This document shows positions 41,210 through 55,007 of a stretch of 64,000 nt of DNA, in pieces (positions within the stretch are counted from its first letter, which is position 1; every line of letters starts with the position of its first letter). The stretch lies in assembly GCA_002269645.1 (NCBI GenBank), contig NIVC01000296.1, forward strand, positions 372,001-436,000, given 5' to 3'. The position numbers and the translations under genes were made by a program. The stretch comes from Macrostomum lignano. Taxonomy: Eukaryota. The notes under the pieces are model-generated. The model did not search any database, was not told where the DNA came from, and saw nothing but the letters and a program-made list of their open reading frames with translations.

Positions 41210-41900
41210 AGTGGAGAGAGAAGTTAGACAGTGGATAGAGAAGTAGACAATGGATAGAGAAGTAGACAATGGATAGAGAAGTGGACAGTGGATCGAGAAG
41301 TAGACAGTGAATAGAGAAGTTAGACAGTTGGATAGAGAAGTAGACAGTGGATAGAGAAGTAGAGAGTAGGATAGAGAAGTAGACAGTGGATAGAGAATTG
41401 GACAGTGGATAGAGAAGTAGACAGTGGATAGAGAAGTAGAGAGTAGGATAGAGAAGTAGACAGTGGATAGAGAAGTAGACAGTGGATAGAGAAGTAGACA
41501 GTGGATAGAGAAGTAGAGAGTAGGATAGAGAAGTAGACAGTGGATAGAGAAGTAGACAGTGGATAGAGAATTGGACAGTGGATAGAGAAGTAGACGGTGG
41601 ATAGATAAGTAGACAGTGGATAGAGAAGTAGACAGTGAATAGAGAAGTAGACAGTGGATAGAGAAGTAGAGAGTAGGATAGAGAAGTAGACAGTGGATAG
41701 AGAAGTGGACAGTGGATAGAGAAGTAGACAGTGGATAGAGAAGTAGACAGTGAATAGAGAAGTAGACAGTGGATAGAGAAGTAGACAGTGAATAGAGAAG
41801 TAGACAGTGAATAGAGAAGTAGACAGTGGATAGAGAAGTAGACAGTGGATAGAGAAGTAGACAGTGGATAGAGAAGTAGACAGTTGATAGAGAAGTAGAT
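41210..41900. repeat. 19-bp minisatellite (AGTAGACAGTGGATAGAGA)
   Basis: Direct inspection. Confidence 0.95.
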
Positions 41901-42446
41901 TTCAATGCTAGAGTTATTAGATTTTCCGAACTTCCTTTATCCGCCTTCAGATTTTTGCATTTGTGCCAAAAAGTCTGAAATTTAGTCCATTACTTTTGTC
42001 CGCACGCAGAACATTTCTGGATAGCTAGATAAACCAATTAGAATTATACCTAGGCTTAATTGATTGACAGGTCAAGTTGTCGCAATGTAAAAAAATCACT
42101 TCACTTGGAACAGTAAAAATTATCTGAATCTTTCAAGGCTGACTGAGAAAAGGTCATGAAATTTGTTTATCTACAGCCACTCACCTTTGCACGAATGCGG
42201 AACTGCGTTGCCCGACAACTAACTGAACAGGTGACTTTTAATTTGCTTTTTGCTACTTCTTGGAGATAGCTGATGCTAAATGTAAAAATGGATTGAATTC
42301 ACAGCAAAGCATTATATAAGCTTCACGGCCTTGTAGCTCTGGAACCTGGGCACATCGCTGATTTGTCCGCTCTGAATTGGCTGGTGGCTGCTGATTGGCT
42401 GGCTTAACTTCTAGTCATTTTTAGTTATGGAAACTCATTTCAGTAT

Positions 42447-43695
42447 AGTCACTGAAGGATTGGGGAGGAAGGTCACTGAAGGATTGGGGAGGAAGGTCAC
42501 TGAAGGATTGGGGAGGAAGGTCACTGAAGGATTGGGGAGGAAGGTCACTAAAGGATTGGGGAGGAAGGTCACTGAAGGATTGGGGAGGAAGGTCACTAAG
42601 GATTGGGGAGGAAGGTCACTGAAGGATTGGGGAGGAAGGTCACTGAAGGATTGGGGAGGAAGGTCACTGAAGGATTGGGGAGGAAGGTCACTGAAGGATT
42701 GGGGAGGAAGGTCACTGAAGGGTTGGGGAGGAAGGTCACTGAAGGATTGGGGAGGAAGGGATTGGGGAGGAAGGTCACTGAAGGATTGGGGAGGAAGGTC
42801 ACTGAAGGATTGGGGAGGAAGGCCACTGAAGGGTTGGGGAGGAAGGTCACTGAAGGGTTGGGGAGGAAGGTCACTGAAGGATTGGGGAGGAAGGTCACTG
42901 AAGGATTGGGGAGGAAGGTCACTGAAGGGTTGGGGAGGAAGGTCACTGAAGGATTGGGGAGGAAGGTCACTAAGGATTGGGGAGGAAGGTCACTGAAGGA
43001 TTGGGGAGGAAGGTCACTGAAGGATTGGAGAGGAAGGTCACTGAAGGATTGGGGAGGAAGGTCACTGAAGGGTTGGGGAGGAAGGTCACTGAAGTATTGG
43101 GGAGGAAGGTCACTGAAGGATTGGGGAGGAAGGTCACTGAAGGATTGGGGAGGAAGGTCACTGAAGGATTGGGGAGGAAGGTCACTGAAGGGTTGGGGAG
43201 GAAGGTCACTGAAGGGTTGGGGAGGAAGGTCACTGAAGGATTGGGGAGGAAGGGATTGGGTAGGAAGGTCACTGAAGGATTGGGGAGGAAGGTCACTGAA
43301 GGATTGGGGAGGAAGGTCACTGAAGGGTTGGGGAGGAAGGTCACTGAAGGGTTGGGGAGGAAGGTCACTGAAGGATTGGGGAGGAAGGTCACTGAAGGAT
43401 TGGGGAGGAAGGTCACTGAAGGGTTGGGGAGGAAGGTCACTGAAGGATTGGGGAGGAAGGTCACTAAGGATTGGGGAGGAAGGTCACTGAAGGATTGGGG
43501 AGGAAGGTCACTGAAGGATTGGGGAGGAAGGTCACTGAAGGATTGGGGAGGAAGGTCACTGAAGGGTTGGGGAGGAAGGTCACTGAAGTATTGGGGAGGA
43601 AGGTCACTGAAGGATTGGGGAGGAAGGTCACTGAAGTATTGGGGAGGAAGGTCACTGAAGGATTGGGGAGGAAGGTCACTGAAGGATTGGGGAGG
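42447..43695. repeat. 24-bp minisatellite (GAAGGTCACTGAAGGATTGGGGAG)
   Basis: Direct inspection. Confidence 0.97.
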
Positions 43696-44942
43696 CAATT
43701 CACAGCGTTCCAGTGTGTACAAATCTATCCGAAGGGAAAATCGAGAGCTTCATTATATTAAGTATATATTGAGCCATGGTAAAGAAGCTTTCTATATATA
43801 CGATTCCAGACGCTTTTTGATAATTTTATACTTACGAATACTGTAGATGTGGATGTTTGAGAGCACACTATTGATGTCCTATACAGCCGTACTGCCTCAT
43901 TACACTGTCAATCATCACTAAGCTTTATTCGGCACTGATTGCTTTCCAGTTTAGTGGGGGAGGGCCGGGTACTTTCGTACTGCGATCGTGACCGCCATGC
44001 GAGACCATCCTGCTGTACAGTGACTTCAATATCAGCGACGAAAGGGCCAACCTTGCTCATAGTATGGATTAAGAGGCAGTAAAATCAATATTGTATAAAA
44101 TCCATTCAGACTGCAGAGTCCACGCTTGAATTTCAACTTAGAATTAGTTGTATTGGGCTTGTTTATACCATTTTCTACTGTTATAAGTAGTATATACAGA
44201 ACTCAATTTTTTTAAACTGAATAATTTCACCGGTTTCAGCGTAAGCACGTAAAAATACAGAAACTGCAATAAGCCTTCATCAGGAAATGTGAATTTTATT
44301 GTCCTCAACGTCCTTTGAGCAGCAGTTCTTCTTTCTAATAAAAATGAGGGAGCCAAAATGCTCCGGCTTTCCAAGAAAGTACCGCACCGAAGCCCCAGCT
44401 GGAATGGTGGCGAATGTTTCTGGGTTTGAGTCTGGTCTGTCGGCAGATGTCGCTTCCAGCTCCTTTTTCTGGACAGGTGAGCTTGGCCTTACCTGAAATT
44501 TATTGAAAGAGCAGCTCAATGTACTGAAGAGATGTTAAAACTGGACCAGATGTTGCTCTAATTGGTCAATTATAAGGGACTCAACCAACCAAAACTGACT
44601 CACGAGAGCAGAAGATGCCGTCTACGGGCCGAGAGCCGGTCTCACACAGGTCGCACTCTGTCATGCCGGTCTCAAGCGCGAGAGCAAAGTTCAAGTCGCA
44701 CTTTTTGCACTCTGTCGCTCCCAGAGTCCGAATAAGTTCCTGGCGGGCACTCGCTGCATTTCTCCTTGCCAACACCTTTGCTGGAGTTGATGAAGCTGCC
44801 AGGTTGGCAATTTGGTGGCTCAGCTCTGCCGGGAAGTCTGCCGCAGCTGGCGGCGGAAAGTATTGCGAACAGACAGAGTTTCGAAAAAGGATTTCTCTGT
44901 ACCTAGTCAGTGAGGGGAACAGAGGTTGCCTTGCCCCACGGC

Positions 44943-46862
44943 CACAGATACTAGAATAATTAGATGAGCCACTGAGCACATTTGAATTTAAACTACTTTC
45001 AGTTCAGTAGTAAGTTAAACAGAAGCATTTTAATGTATTTTTAAAGCTAAGGCTCATTTATTGGCTCTTACCCCCCCCCCAAACTTCCTCCAACCCCGCC
45101 TTTCCACACTACCCCTTGCCCCGCCCCAATCCAACCGGGGGGTTTCACAAACTCGAAATTTCACAATCACAACGTCGAAAGCACCCTCCTTCATAAGGTC
45201 GAGGCTTCACAAGGTCGAAATTTCACAACATCGAAAACTCGAAAAGCAGCCACTTTCACAAGGTCGAAATTTCACAAGGTCGAAAACTCAAATAGCAGCC
45301 ACTTTCATAAGATCGAAATTTTACAATATAAAACTGAGAATTTGGAAGATAAATTAATATGACAAATAAATTGGTAGATTGGTAGACAGTTATACAGTAT
45401 ATATGAATCGATAGACAGGCTGTAATAATCATTTTGGCTAAAAAAACTTATTTGTCTATATACCTAACAGTGTCTTCTGAGGTAGTTGCTTTAACGGTTG
45501 CCTTCAGTTGATTGAAAATATAAAACATGCCAAAAATTTTCTCTTGTTTTTAGTTTCTGGATATTGTGCTGATTTTCGTCTTAAGCCTTAATTGATTGAA
45601 CCCTAAACGTTTAATTATGTTATAAAAATACTATATATAAAAATAGATGTAATTACATGCAAGAAAACGCATGCTAGCTCGTATATACATGTACATGTTT
45701 TTACTACAGCTAGGATATTGTAATACGGCGAGTTGTTTGTAGTTTTTTACATAACAGAGAGCAGCTCCTACATAGTACATGGAACAAACCACCTTACTCT
45801 CCTTTACTTATTAAGCGAATACAGATACAAAACGTATATTGTGTCAACAGTAAGTCAAGCGAAATTCCCTGCCGGTCAAATCCAAATTAAAGTCGGAAAC
45901 CCAAATTTAAAGTTATCGATATTTGTACGAGTATTTTATATATAGACTTGAAAGAATTTATGATTTACATTTCCAGTATTGGAGAGGAGGCTAATATGCT
46001 TCAAAGTGTCAATAGCTTGGAGTTGTATTTCAATTTCGTAATGTATTTGAAATACCTGCTACAGTAGACACTGTTTATGAGAAAACAGCACTGCTCTTGT
46101 CATAGGGAGTATAGTGAGTTCTGTAAGAGTTTTCTATGTGAAATTTCAACCCTTTTGAAAGTGGTTGCTATTCGAATTATTTATGTGAAATTTCGACCTT
46201 ATAAAGTACCTTGCTAGCGTTTTCGATGCTTTGAAATTTCGACCTTGTGAAAGTGGCTGCTATTTGAGTTTCGATGTTGTGAAATTTCGACCTTGTGAAA
46301 TTTCGACCTTATGAAGTCCTTTGCTAAAGCTTTCGATGTTGTGAAATTTCGACCTTGTGAAGTTTCGACCTTGTGAAAGTGGCTGCTATTTGAGTTTTCG
46401 ATGTTATGAAATTTCGACCTTTTGAAATTTCGACCTTGTGAAAGAAGGTGCTTTCGACGTTGTGAAATTTCGAGTTTGTGAAACCCCCCCCCCTATTTGA
46501 GTTTGGATGTTGTGAAATTTCGACCTTGTGAAATTTCGACCTTATGAAGTCTCTTGCTAGAGTTTTCGATGTTGTGAAATTTCGACTCTGTGAAAGCATC
46601 CCATCCAACCCCTCCTTTCTCTTAATTCCAGCCTAAAAGCTGCCATGTACATTCAGTGGACTGGCTATTGCTGAACCTAATTAGCAAGTTGTTTACGCCT
46701 GCAAGCTTGAGCTTCTAAACTCATTTCATTTCAGCTGCCTTTATTCTTATACAATATAGCTTATGCATTCTTCCTTCAACTGAACTGAAAGTAGAAAGCT
46801 GTTTTACTAAGTATACGAGTCAGTATGCCTGAGTGGCCCATCCAGTCATTCTAGAATCTGTG
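44943..46862. mobile_element. CACAGA-ended MITE interrupted by a foldback-type element
   Basis: Both MITE halves match 14675-15137 and are separated by the 45137-46602 insertion. Confidence 0.8.
45137..46602. mobile_element. Foldback-type element with internally repetitive TIRs and an 8-bp TSD
   Basis: Ends GGG..TTTCACAA / GTGAAAGCATCCC. Arms are built from (AAGGTCGAAATTTCAC)-like subunits in inverted orientation. ATCCAACC is duplicated at 45129-45136 and 46603-46610. Confidence 0.8.
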
Positions 46863-49048
46863 CCTTGCCCTGGCCGGATAATGCATGCATCCTCAGACTT
46901 TTCAGAGAACACACTTTATTAAATATGCTTTATAAAATTGTTTTTTTTTAGTTCACTGTGTGGAATTCATTACAGATATTGATACAATGAATCGGGGAAC
47001 ATCACAAACCCGAAAAATCAAAATTCCGAAATCCGAAGAGCGCTTTCCTTCATAAACTCGAAAAATCACAAACTCGAAATATCAAAATTCCCAAAGTTCT
47101 ATAGCAATGTCCGACGCTATTTTTGTTTTCGGAGTTATGATATTTCGGGTTTATGATGGCGACCCCGATGACGCATGTATACCGGCAAAATGATTACATT
47201 GAGTAGCTAAGGTGACTAAAGATAAGTAACAAAGTTTCAGTTTAATTGTATTTTCAATTGGCCATAAAATTTATCGATTAAATTAAGAAAGCTCACTGCA
47301 AGTCCTTAAAAAGCAATAAAAGGCCTTCACCCAGGCCAAATGGGCAGGCACTACATATCATGGTTATCTAAACTCCGTGGCAGGGGTTTGGGGTTTGAGG
47401 TGGAGGGGGTTAGCGAGGCCCCTAGGGGGGTTGTTGTCTCTCTCAGTGGCCCACCCCATCTACACCCCCGGCCTTGTCCAATCCTTGCAAAGGACCACGG
47501 GCGCCAGAGGCGTACTGAACTGGCTCGTATAAAACCGGCTAACTTTAATTTTGACCCCGCCTTTACACATCTTCGTTTCTCCGTTTTCAAATAGGCCGGC
47601 CCTAAGCTGTGGAGCCAAACTAAAAGTACTGAGAAAAGTGAAGAAACGTAAAAACAGGAGTTGAAAAGCAATTAGTCATTTGGCCGCCCCGAATAAGCAT
47701 GGCTTCAACCAATAGAATGTGTAAGTTTTTTATTTTCTTCATATTTCTACTTAATTTAGAATTGTCCATCTTTAGTTATTGGGACAGGCTGAGGAACTCT
47801 AGAAGTCTGGTTATTAATTAGTCTGCTTTGGAAAGCGTTTTAACTACCAATTTGAAACTAGTTAATAAGCAAATGTTATTGCTGCTTATAACTGAGTGTA
47901 CCCAAGATTTTCCATTGGGGGGGAGGTGCGCGCTGTCGGAAAGGGGCGGCAGGGGGCGCTGATGGACCACCGCCGCACCGCACCACAGGTCCACAGCCAA
48001 AGACCTCCGTCACCCTTCGGCCCCCCGTCGTACACTCAGCAACATCAACATGTTACTGGTCTCTGGTTTCTGGGTTTTTTAACATGTTGCTGGCTGTACA
48101 TAGAAACTTTACACCAATTGATTTTTGAGAGCTGTTTATGCGGCAAAATACATGAGAAAATCCACAGATACTACACTTAGCAACAGCTAAACATCTCCAT
48201 CCCTGGCGTGGCGCGGCTCAGAGGAGTTGCGTAACAATAACAGACACCTCTCGCCTCTAGCAGGTGGCAGTAAAAATGCTATGAATGTGGCTGTCAGTGC
48301 GGCACTTAAGCATGTGAATTGCCCGCCTATAGACTCGGCCAGAGAAGTCGAGAAGAGGAGAGTAGAGATGAAATAGGAGAAAAGAGAGAAGAGAGATAAA
48401 GAGGTAGAGGGGAGAGAGGAGAGGAGAGAGGTGTAATAATGTACATGCAACTGTGCATATGGTACTCGCAGACTAATGTAATTATTATTCTAAAACCTGT
48501 GCACAGAGTCTAAAGCAATAGAGGCCAATTCCTCATTGGTTCCGATCACAGTGCTATATAGGTTGCCAGACGGGAGTCAAATCATTGTTCATTTGAACTC
48601 TAACTCTCCCTCTATCTCAAACCCAGCTAAGTCAGGGGTCTCGGTCTCGACCTTGTGCAGATCAGAAGCCGGATGCGAAAGACCTTCTTAGCACTATCAG
48701 GACACCCTTTAGATGCCCAGCATTGGGTGGTGGCAGAACTACATGTAATTTAAGCAGTCCCTGCCTTCAAAACTCCTTGGCCGTAGTTGGGATTAGAACA
48801 GTGGGACCTTGCTATCGGACCACAACCCAAGCCAAGCTACCAGTTCTCCATCTATTTTCAGAAATTTTCAGGAATTTTCAGAATTTTCAGGATTTTCAGA
48901 AGTCCGGAATATCCCGATCCCGAGAATCCCAGGATTGGCAAAACTCGGGATTTTTTATTCCCTACTAGACATCGATTCCCTTGACTTCCTTGAATTTCCT
49001 TTCCTTCTTAAAACCACTTCGCGCCCAAGCTTGGTTCTGTAAGATGGC

Positions 49049-50309
49049 TTAAAAGCACAAAGGCCTGCAGAGCAGTCCATAGACAAATTTGTCTTTTTTT
49101 CTGAATCGAGTGCACACCCTAGAAGCCCAGAAGTAAAGTATACCACAGAGTTTTTCTGCTAGCTCCTGTTCAAACCTTCCTACTCACAAATGGCTTCTAC
49201 GCGCCCGAAAAGGACAGCTAAAAGTGATGCCTTGCGCAGACTGGGACTCGATTCCGATTCGGATGACGCTTTATCAAGCGATGAGTCGACGGTTTTTGAG
49301 TCAGAAACGGAGTCGGAAAGCATGGATCCAGAAACTGATCAGAGCCAAGATGAGGCGGCCGCGGAATGGGTTGAAGTAGCCACTGGAAGTGACAACTCCA
49401 GTACAATCGCAACATGGGCGGTGTTGATCGACTTGATGCGTCCGTGCATCTCTACCATCCAAATCGTAAGTCCTACAAATGGTTCCAGAAAGTCGCGTTT
49501 CACCTGATTCTCACGCTTGTACGAAACGCTTGGACGCTGTACAAGAAATGTGGTGGGACAGCCAAATTTTTGACTTTCCTAGAGAATAGTATCAAGACGC
49601 TGATCCGCGACTCAGGACCGGGACGCGCTCGGCCACCGACTCAGGTTCCAGCCCCGATGCAGGCTAACCGTCCAATTCATTCACCGATGAGACTCCCAGC
49701 AACGGAAGCCCAGGCTCGCCCAAGCAAACGATGCCGAATGTGCTCTTTGAAACCTGACGTTCCAGCTAAGAAGACAGTATTTTGCTGCAGCCACTGTCCC
49801 GGACATCCTGGTCTCTGTCCAGATCCAAGCTTCAGGATCTGGCACGAGACACATTGAAGTCCCACGAGCGATCCTGCATTGGCGTCTCCTAACTTGAACC
49901 CTGTTACACTTTTCTTTTCATGTCCTTGTTTTGTTTTGAACCATGCAGTTAAATTTTGTATTTGTTTAAAACTAGTTATACTAATACTAATACTATACTA
50001 ATACTAATACTAATACTCGTAGGTCAGTAGTGAGGAGATTAAAATTTAATACGACCATAAATTTGTGCATCACCTCATGTTTTCACTGTGCACGCTTATT
50101 TCACATTTAACATTTGAGTGAAAACATAACGGAAATGCATAATGCAGGGCTTCTTTAAATTAATCATGACCTGCACAGCAGGCCATACTGGGCACTTGCT
50201 TTAGTGACTGGGAGATGGTTTTTCATGCCATAGACATTTTTCAATCTCTGGGTTTTTGAGCCGTTTCGGTATGGCCTGCAGTGCAGGCCTTTGGCTTCCA
50301 AATGGTTAA
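49049..50309 (+). mobile_element. Internally deleted piggyBac-like element
   Basis: Acidic N-terminus (ORF from 49190) is joined out of frame to YNRNMGGVDRLD...RKSYKWFQK and a C-terminal Cys-rich domain CRMC..CCSHC..LC (to 49857). Degenerate inverted ends AAGC(A)CAAAGGCCTGCA near 49053 and 50280-50298; TTAA at 49049 and 50306. Confidence 0.8.
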
Positions 50310-50870
50310 AGCCATGGGTGGGAAGGGGAGTGGGAATATGAAGAATCATACAGAACGAATCACCCGTAAACAGTTTAATTATTGAGAAATGAGAAAATAA
50401 GTCTCAAAAAACCTTTGGCATGATTGGAACGGCTTTATCTCTATTGGGGTAGGCCTAATCTATAGCTCAGCCAATGAGAGAGCAGTAAGGAATAACCGAT
50501 CAAGTCAGAAACAGTGGGAGAAGAAAACTGAAAGCCAAAACTGTTTTAGCTGAGGTCTGGCTGGCGCCACCACAGACCAATAGTATACTTTTAAGTATGT
50601 CAATTTAATTGGGCCGTTACCGTATTTTTTAAATACTTCTCTGTCGTATGTCTTTTAACTTTTTAATAGATTATTCAGCAATTTTATTTTTCCATTTTAT
50701 ACCAATTTTATATCATTTATAAAAAAGCTACTTTTGCTACTGAAAAGAGTAGATAAGAAGCGCATTTTATCTCTAAGACCGATCAGATAATACCTGCCTT
50801 GTATAGCTAGCTACAACTCCTTAAACTTGCCTAATCCTACGCAGATGCTCCCAGCAGTAGTCTCGTGAAG

Positions 50871-53800
50871 ATGTCGCCCACCGCTGCAGCCGCCGCTGTT
50901 GCTGCGAGGAGGCCGCTGCGAGCTGACCATCAACTGGGCCGGCTGGCAGCTTCCACTTTGACATCCTGCAGCACCACCTCGCCTGCAGTTTCTGCTGCTT
51001 CTGTTGCAGCATCCGCTTTTTCCAATTCGCAGCTCAATCGTCCGGTACGAGCCGTTGGCATCGTCACAAATCCCCGGATTAGGAGGCGGCTGGGCAAAAC
51101 CGCTGTGAGTTGCTCAGTCCAGGGAATGTTTATATAGAAATGACTGCTCCAGTCTTGCCCCTTGTCACTCTCCAATCCCTGTGTCACTCTGATTCTAGTG
51201 TCACTCCAGTCCCAGTGTCACTCTAAATCTAGTGTCACTCTAAATCTAGTGTCACTCTAAATCTAGTGTCACTCTAAATCTAGTGTCACTCTAAATCTAG
51301 TGTCACTCTAAATCTAGTGTCACTCTAAATCTAGTGTCACTCTAAATCTAGTGTCACTCTAAATCTAGTGTCACTCTAAATCTAGTGTCACTCTAAATCT
51401 AGTGTCACTCTAAATCTAGTGTCACTCTAAATCTAGTGTCACTCTAAATCTAGTGTCACTCTAAATCTAGTGTCACTCTAAATCTAGTGTCACTCTAAAT
51501 CTAGTGTCACTCTAAATCTAGTGTCACTCCAATTCTAGTGTCACTCCAATCCCAGTGTCACTCTAAATCTAGTGTCACTCTAAATCTAGTGTCACTCTAA
51601 ATCTAGTGTCACTCTAAATCTAGTGTCACTCTAAATCTAGTGTCACTCTAAATCTAGTGTCACTCCAATTCTAGTGTCACTCCAATCCCAGTGTCACTCT
51701 AAATCTAGTGTCACTCTAAATCTAGTGTCACTCTAAATTTAGTGTCACTCTAAATTTAGTGTCACTCTAAATCTAGTGTCACTCTAAATCTAGTGTCACT
51801 CTAAATCTAGTGTCACTCTAAATCTAGTGTCACTCTAAATCTAGTGTCACTCTAAATCTAGTGTCACTCTAAATCTAGTGTCACTCTAATTCTAGTGTCA
51901 CTCCAATTCTAGTGTCACTCTAAATCTAGTGTCACTCTAAATCTAGTGTCACCCCAATTCTAGTGTCACTCTAAATCTAGTGTCACTCTAAATCTAGTGT
52001 CACTCTAATTCTAGTGTCACTCCAATTCTAGTGTCACTCCAATTCTAGTGTCACTCCAATTCTAGTGTCACTCCAATTCTAGTGTCACTCTAATTCTAGT
52101 GTCACTCCAATTCTAGTGTCACTCCAATTCTAGTGTCACTCCAATTCTAGTGTCACTCTAATTCTAGTGTCACTCCAATTCTAGTGTCACTCCAATTCTA
52201 GTGTCACTCCAATTCTAGTGTCGCTTCCGCGATTGTCATTCTCAAGGTGTCACTGACACTCTCAACCTAAGTTAGTGAGTGTCACTTCGGTCTCGATGTC
52301 GCTCCATCATAGCTTCCAGCTTCGCCGACCCTGAATCATAACAATCTCTCTCGTACCAGGTTGTCGCATCGTCGCCGCATTCAACAACTGGCTCGCAGAC
52401 CAGTCCGACTTCCAGCCCGCCACCTGAGCAGCAGCAGCCCCAGCCCCATTTACGCCGTGTGTGGCGAACGCCAACCAAATGGGCCTGCAGGAAATTTGTT
52501 CGAATCTTTCGCAGTCTCAGCGCCTCCAGTTTTTCTAACGCCGCCGCCACCTCTGACCAACGCAATCTGGCCAACGCCGACGATTTGGCTACGCCGAAAG
52601 ACTGTCGCCTTCGGCACTGTCGCCATCGTCAGGCTTCGCTGCAGCGTCTTGGTCAGCTGCCCGTGCAGGCGGCGGCGCCCGCGGACGCTTCCGGCTTGTC
52701 GAGCTGCGGCGGCCGGGTGCTGCACCACCATCCGGACGGCTCTCGGACGGTGCTTCTGTGCCGGCCACCGAACGGCAGATTCGGATTCTTTTTGGCTAAG
52801 AAAACTGGAGGTGAAGCGTGCTGTGTCTGCTTTGTATTGGTGCTAAAATTGCTGCACCTCTATTCAGAAACTTCTGTTCAAATCGAACGAACTAGCAATC
52901 CAGTGCTCCCCCCATTTGGGGTGGCCAATAAGAAAGGAACGAAAATTATTTGTGAATTCTATTTGCCTTGACATCTCAGCAATTCCCCCAAGCCTTGACA
53001 CCTCAGCAATTCCCCCCAAGCCTTGACATCTCAGCAACTCCCCTCAAGCCTTGACATCTCAGCAGTTCCCCCCAAGCCTTGACATCTCAGCAATTCCCCC
53101 CAAGCCTTGACATCTCAGCCATTCCCCCCAAGCCTTGACACCTCAGCAATTCCCCCCAAGCCTTGACATCTCAGCAACTCCCCTCAAGCCTTGACATCTC
53201 AGCAGTTCCCCCAAGCCTTGACATCTCAGCAATTCCCCCCAAGCCTTGACATCTCAGCCATTCCCCCCAAGCCTTGACATCTCAGCAATTCCCCTCAAGC
53301 CTTGACATCTCAGCAACACCCCTCAAGCCTTGACATCTCAGCAATTCCCCCCAAGCCTTGACATCTCAGCAATTCCCCTCAAGCCTTGACATCTCAGCAA
53401 TTCCCCTCAAGCCTTGACATCTCAGCAATTCCCCTCAAGCCTTGACATCTCAGCAATTCCCCTCAAGCCTTGACATCTCAGCAATTCCCCTCAAGCCTTG
53501 ACATCTCAGCAATTCCCCCCAAGCCTTGACATCTCAGCAATTCCCCCCAAGCCTTGACATCTCAGCAATTCCCCCCCCCCCAAATTCTCTCCAACTGCAA
53601 CAGTCACAGTTCCCAAAATAATTTAGCTATATTTGTGCACTGGGAAGCAAAATTTTAGCTTTTTTATAGCTCGTAATTAAAATTGTAGAAATTAAGCTTT
53701 AAAACTTCAATGATCGGCTACGCCACCTGCCACTGTTTGCCTCTCTTGCCCGCAGGCACAGTTTACGTGTCTCGGTTCGCCGACTCCGGCCTGGAGTCCT

Positions 53801-53931
53801 GGTACAGCGGCCTGCTGAGCGTTGGCGACACAGTCGAATCCATCGCCGGCCTCCGCCCGGACAGCGTTTCATTTGAAGCCGTCGGAGCTCGCATCGGCGG
53901 CAGGACCGTTGTGCAGGTGAAAGTCAAATGA
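50871..53931 (+). CDS. Protein with a C-terminal PDZ domain (KIAA1614-like PDZ); exons 50871-51044, 52360-52810, 53756-53931, about 266 aa. The 5' end may extend upstream through an acceptor at 50844.
   Basis: Phase-consistent GT-AG joins (0, then 1). The spliced PDZ reads RTVLLCRPPNGRFGFFLAKKTG-G-TVYVSRFADSGLESWYSGLLSVGDTVESIAG...VVQVKVK*, with a GFGF-type carboxylate loop and LL.VGD. The KIAA1614 resemblance (YSGLL.VGD) is from memory and was not searched. Confidence 0.72.
51180..52225. repeat. 17-bp minisatellite (CTAGTGTCACTCTAAAT)
   Basis: Direct inspection; PDZ gene intron 1. Confidence 0.96.
52965..53575. repeat. 28-bp minisatellite (CCAAGCCTTGACATCTCAGCAATTCCCC)
   Basis: Direct inspection; PDZ gene intron 2. 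Confidence 0.95.
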
Positions 53932-54134
53932 CACTGCACTCTAGACAGAATTTAACAGCAGTTTTGTCTGCATTTTTGTTTTTGGTATCCGTTCTGGTTT
54001 CATTTTCCTACACTTGGTTTGTGCGTTTGTTTTGAGTTACATTTGTAGACTCCTCACGCTACATTCACGCTCCTCACGCTCCATTCACGTCTGCCATCTC
54101 GGTATATACTGGCGCTTGTCTGTGTCAAATCTCT

Positions 54135-54873
54135 CTCTATCTCCATTTCTCCTCGTGTCTTTAACCTCACTCTCTCCATTTCTCCTCGTGTCTTTAACCT
54201 CACTCCATTTCTCCTCGTGTCTTTAACCTCACTCTCTCCATTTCTCCTCGTGTCTTTAACCTCACTCTCTCCATTTCTCCTCGTGTCTTTAACCTCACTC
54301 TCTCCATTTCTCCTCGTGTCTTTAACCTCACTCTCTCCATTTCACCTCGTGTCTTTAACCTCACTCTCTCCATTTCTCCTCGTGTCTTTAACCTCACTCT
54401 CTCCATTTCACCCCGTGTCTTTAACCTCACTCTCTCCATTTCTCCTCGTGTCTTTAACCTCACTCTCTCCATTTCACCCCGTGTCTTTAACCTCACTCTC
54501 CATTTCACCTCGTGTCTTTAACCTCACTCTCCATTTCACCCCGTGTCTTTAACCTCACTCTCTCCATTTCTCCTCGTGTCTTTAACCTCACTCTCTCCAT
54601 TTCACCCCGTGTCTTTAACCTCACTCTCCATTTCACCTCGTGTCTTTAACCTCACTCTCTCCATTTCACCCCGTGTCTTTAACCTCACTCTCCATTTCAC
54701 CTCGTGTCTTTAACCTCACTCTCCATTTCACCCCGTGTCTTTAACCTCACTCTCTCCATTTCTCCTCGTGTCATTAACCTCACTCTCTCCATTTCTCCTC
54801 GTGTCTTTAACCTCACTCTCTCCATTTCACCTCGTGTCTTTAACCTCACTCTCTCAATTTCTCCTCGTGTCTT
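54135..54873. repeat. 31-33-bp CT-rich minisatellite
   Basis: Direct inspection. Confidence 0.95.
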
Positions 54874-55007
54874 GGGTTGCTTTCACAAGCTCGAAATTTC
54901 ACAAGCTCGAAAACCATTTTAGCAGTCACTTTCACAAACCCGAAACTTCATAAGCTCTTTTTCGAGGTTTTCGAGCTTGTGCAATTTCCAGCTTGTGAAG
55001 CGACCCC
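54874..55007. mobile_element. Short relative of the foldback family; a similar piece lies at 46994-47166
   Basis: GGGTTGCTTTCACAAGCTCGAAA ... CTTGTGAAGCGACCCC inverted ends; TSD not clean. Confidence 0.55.
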
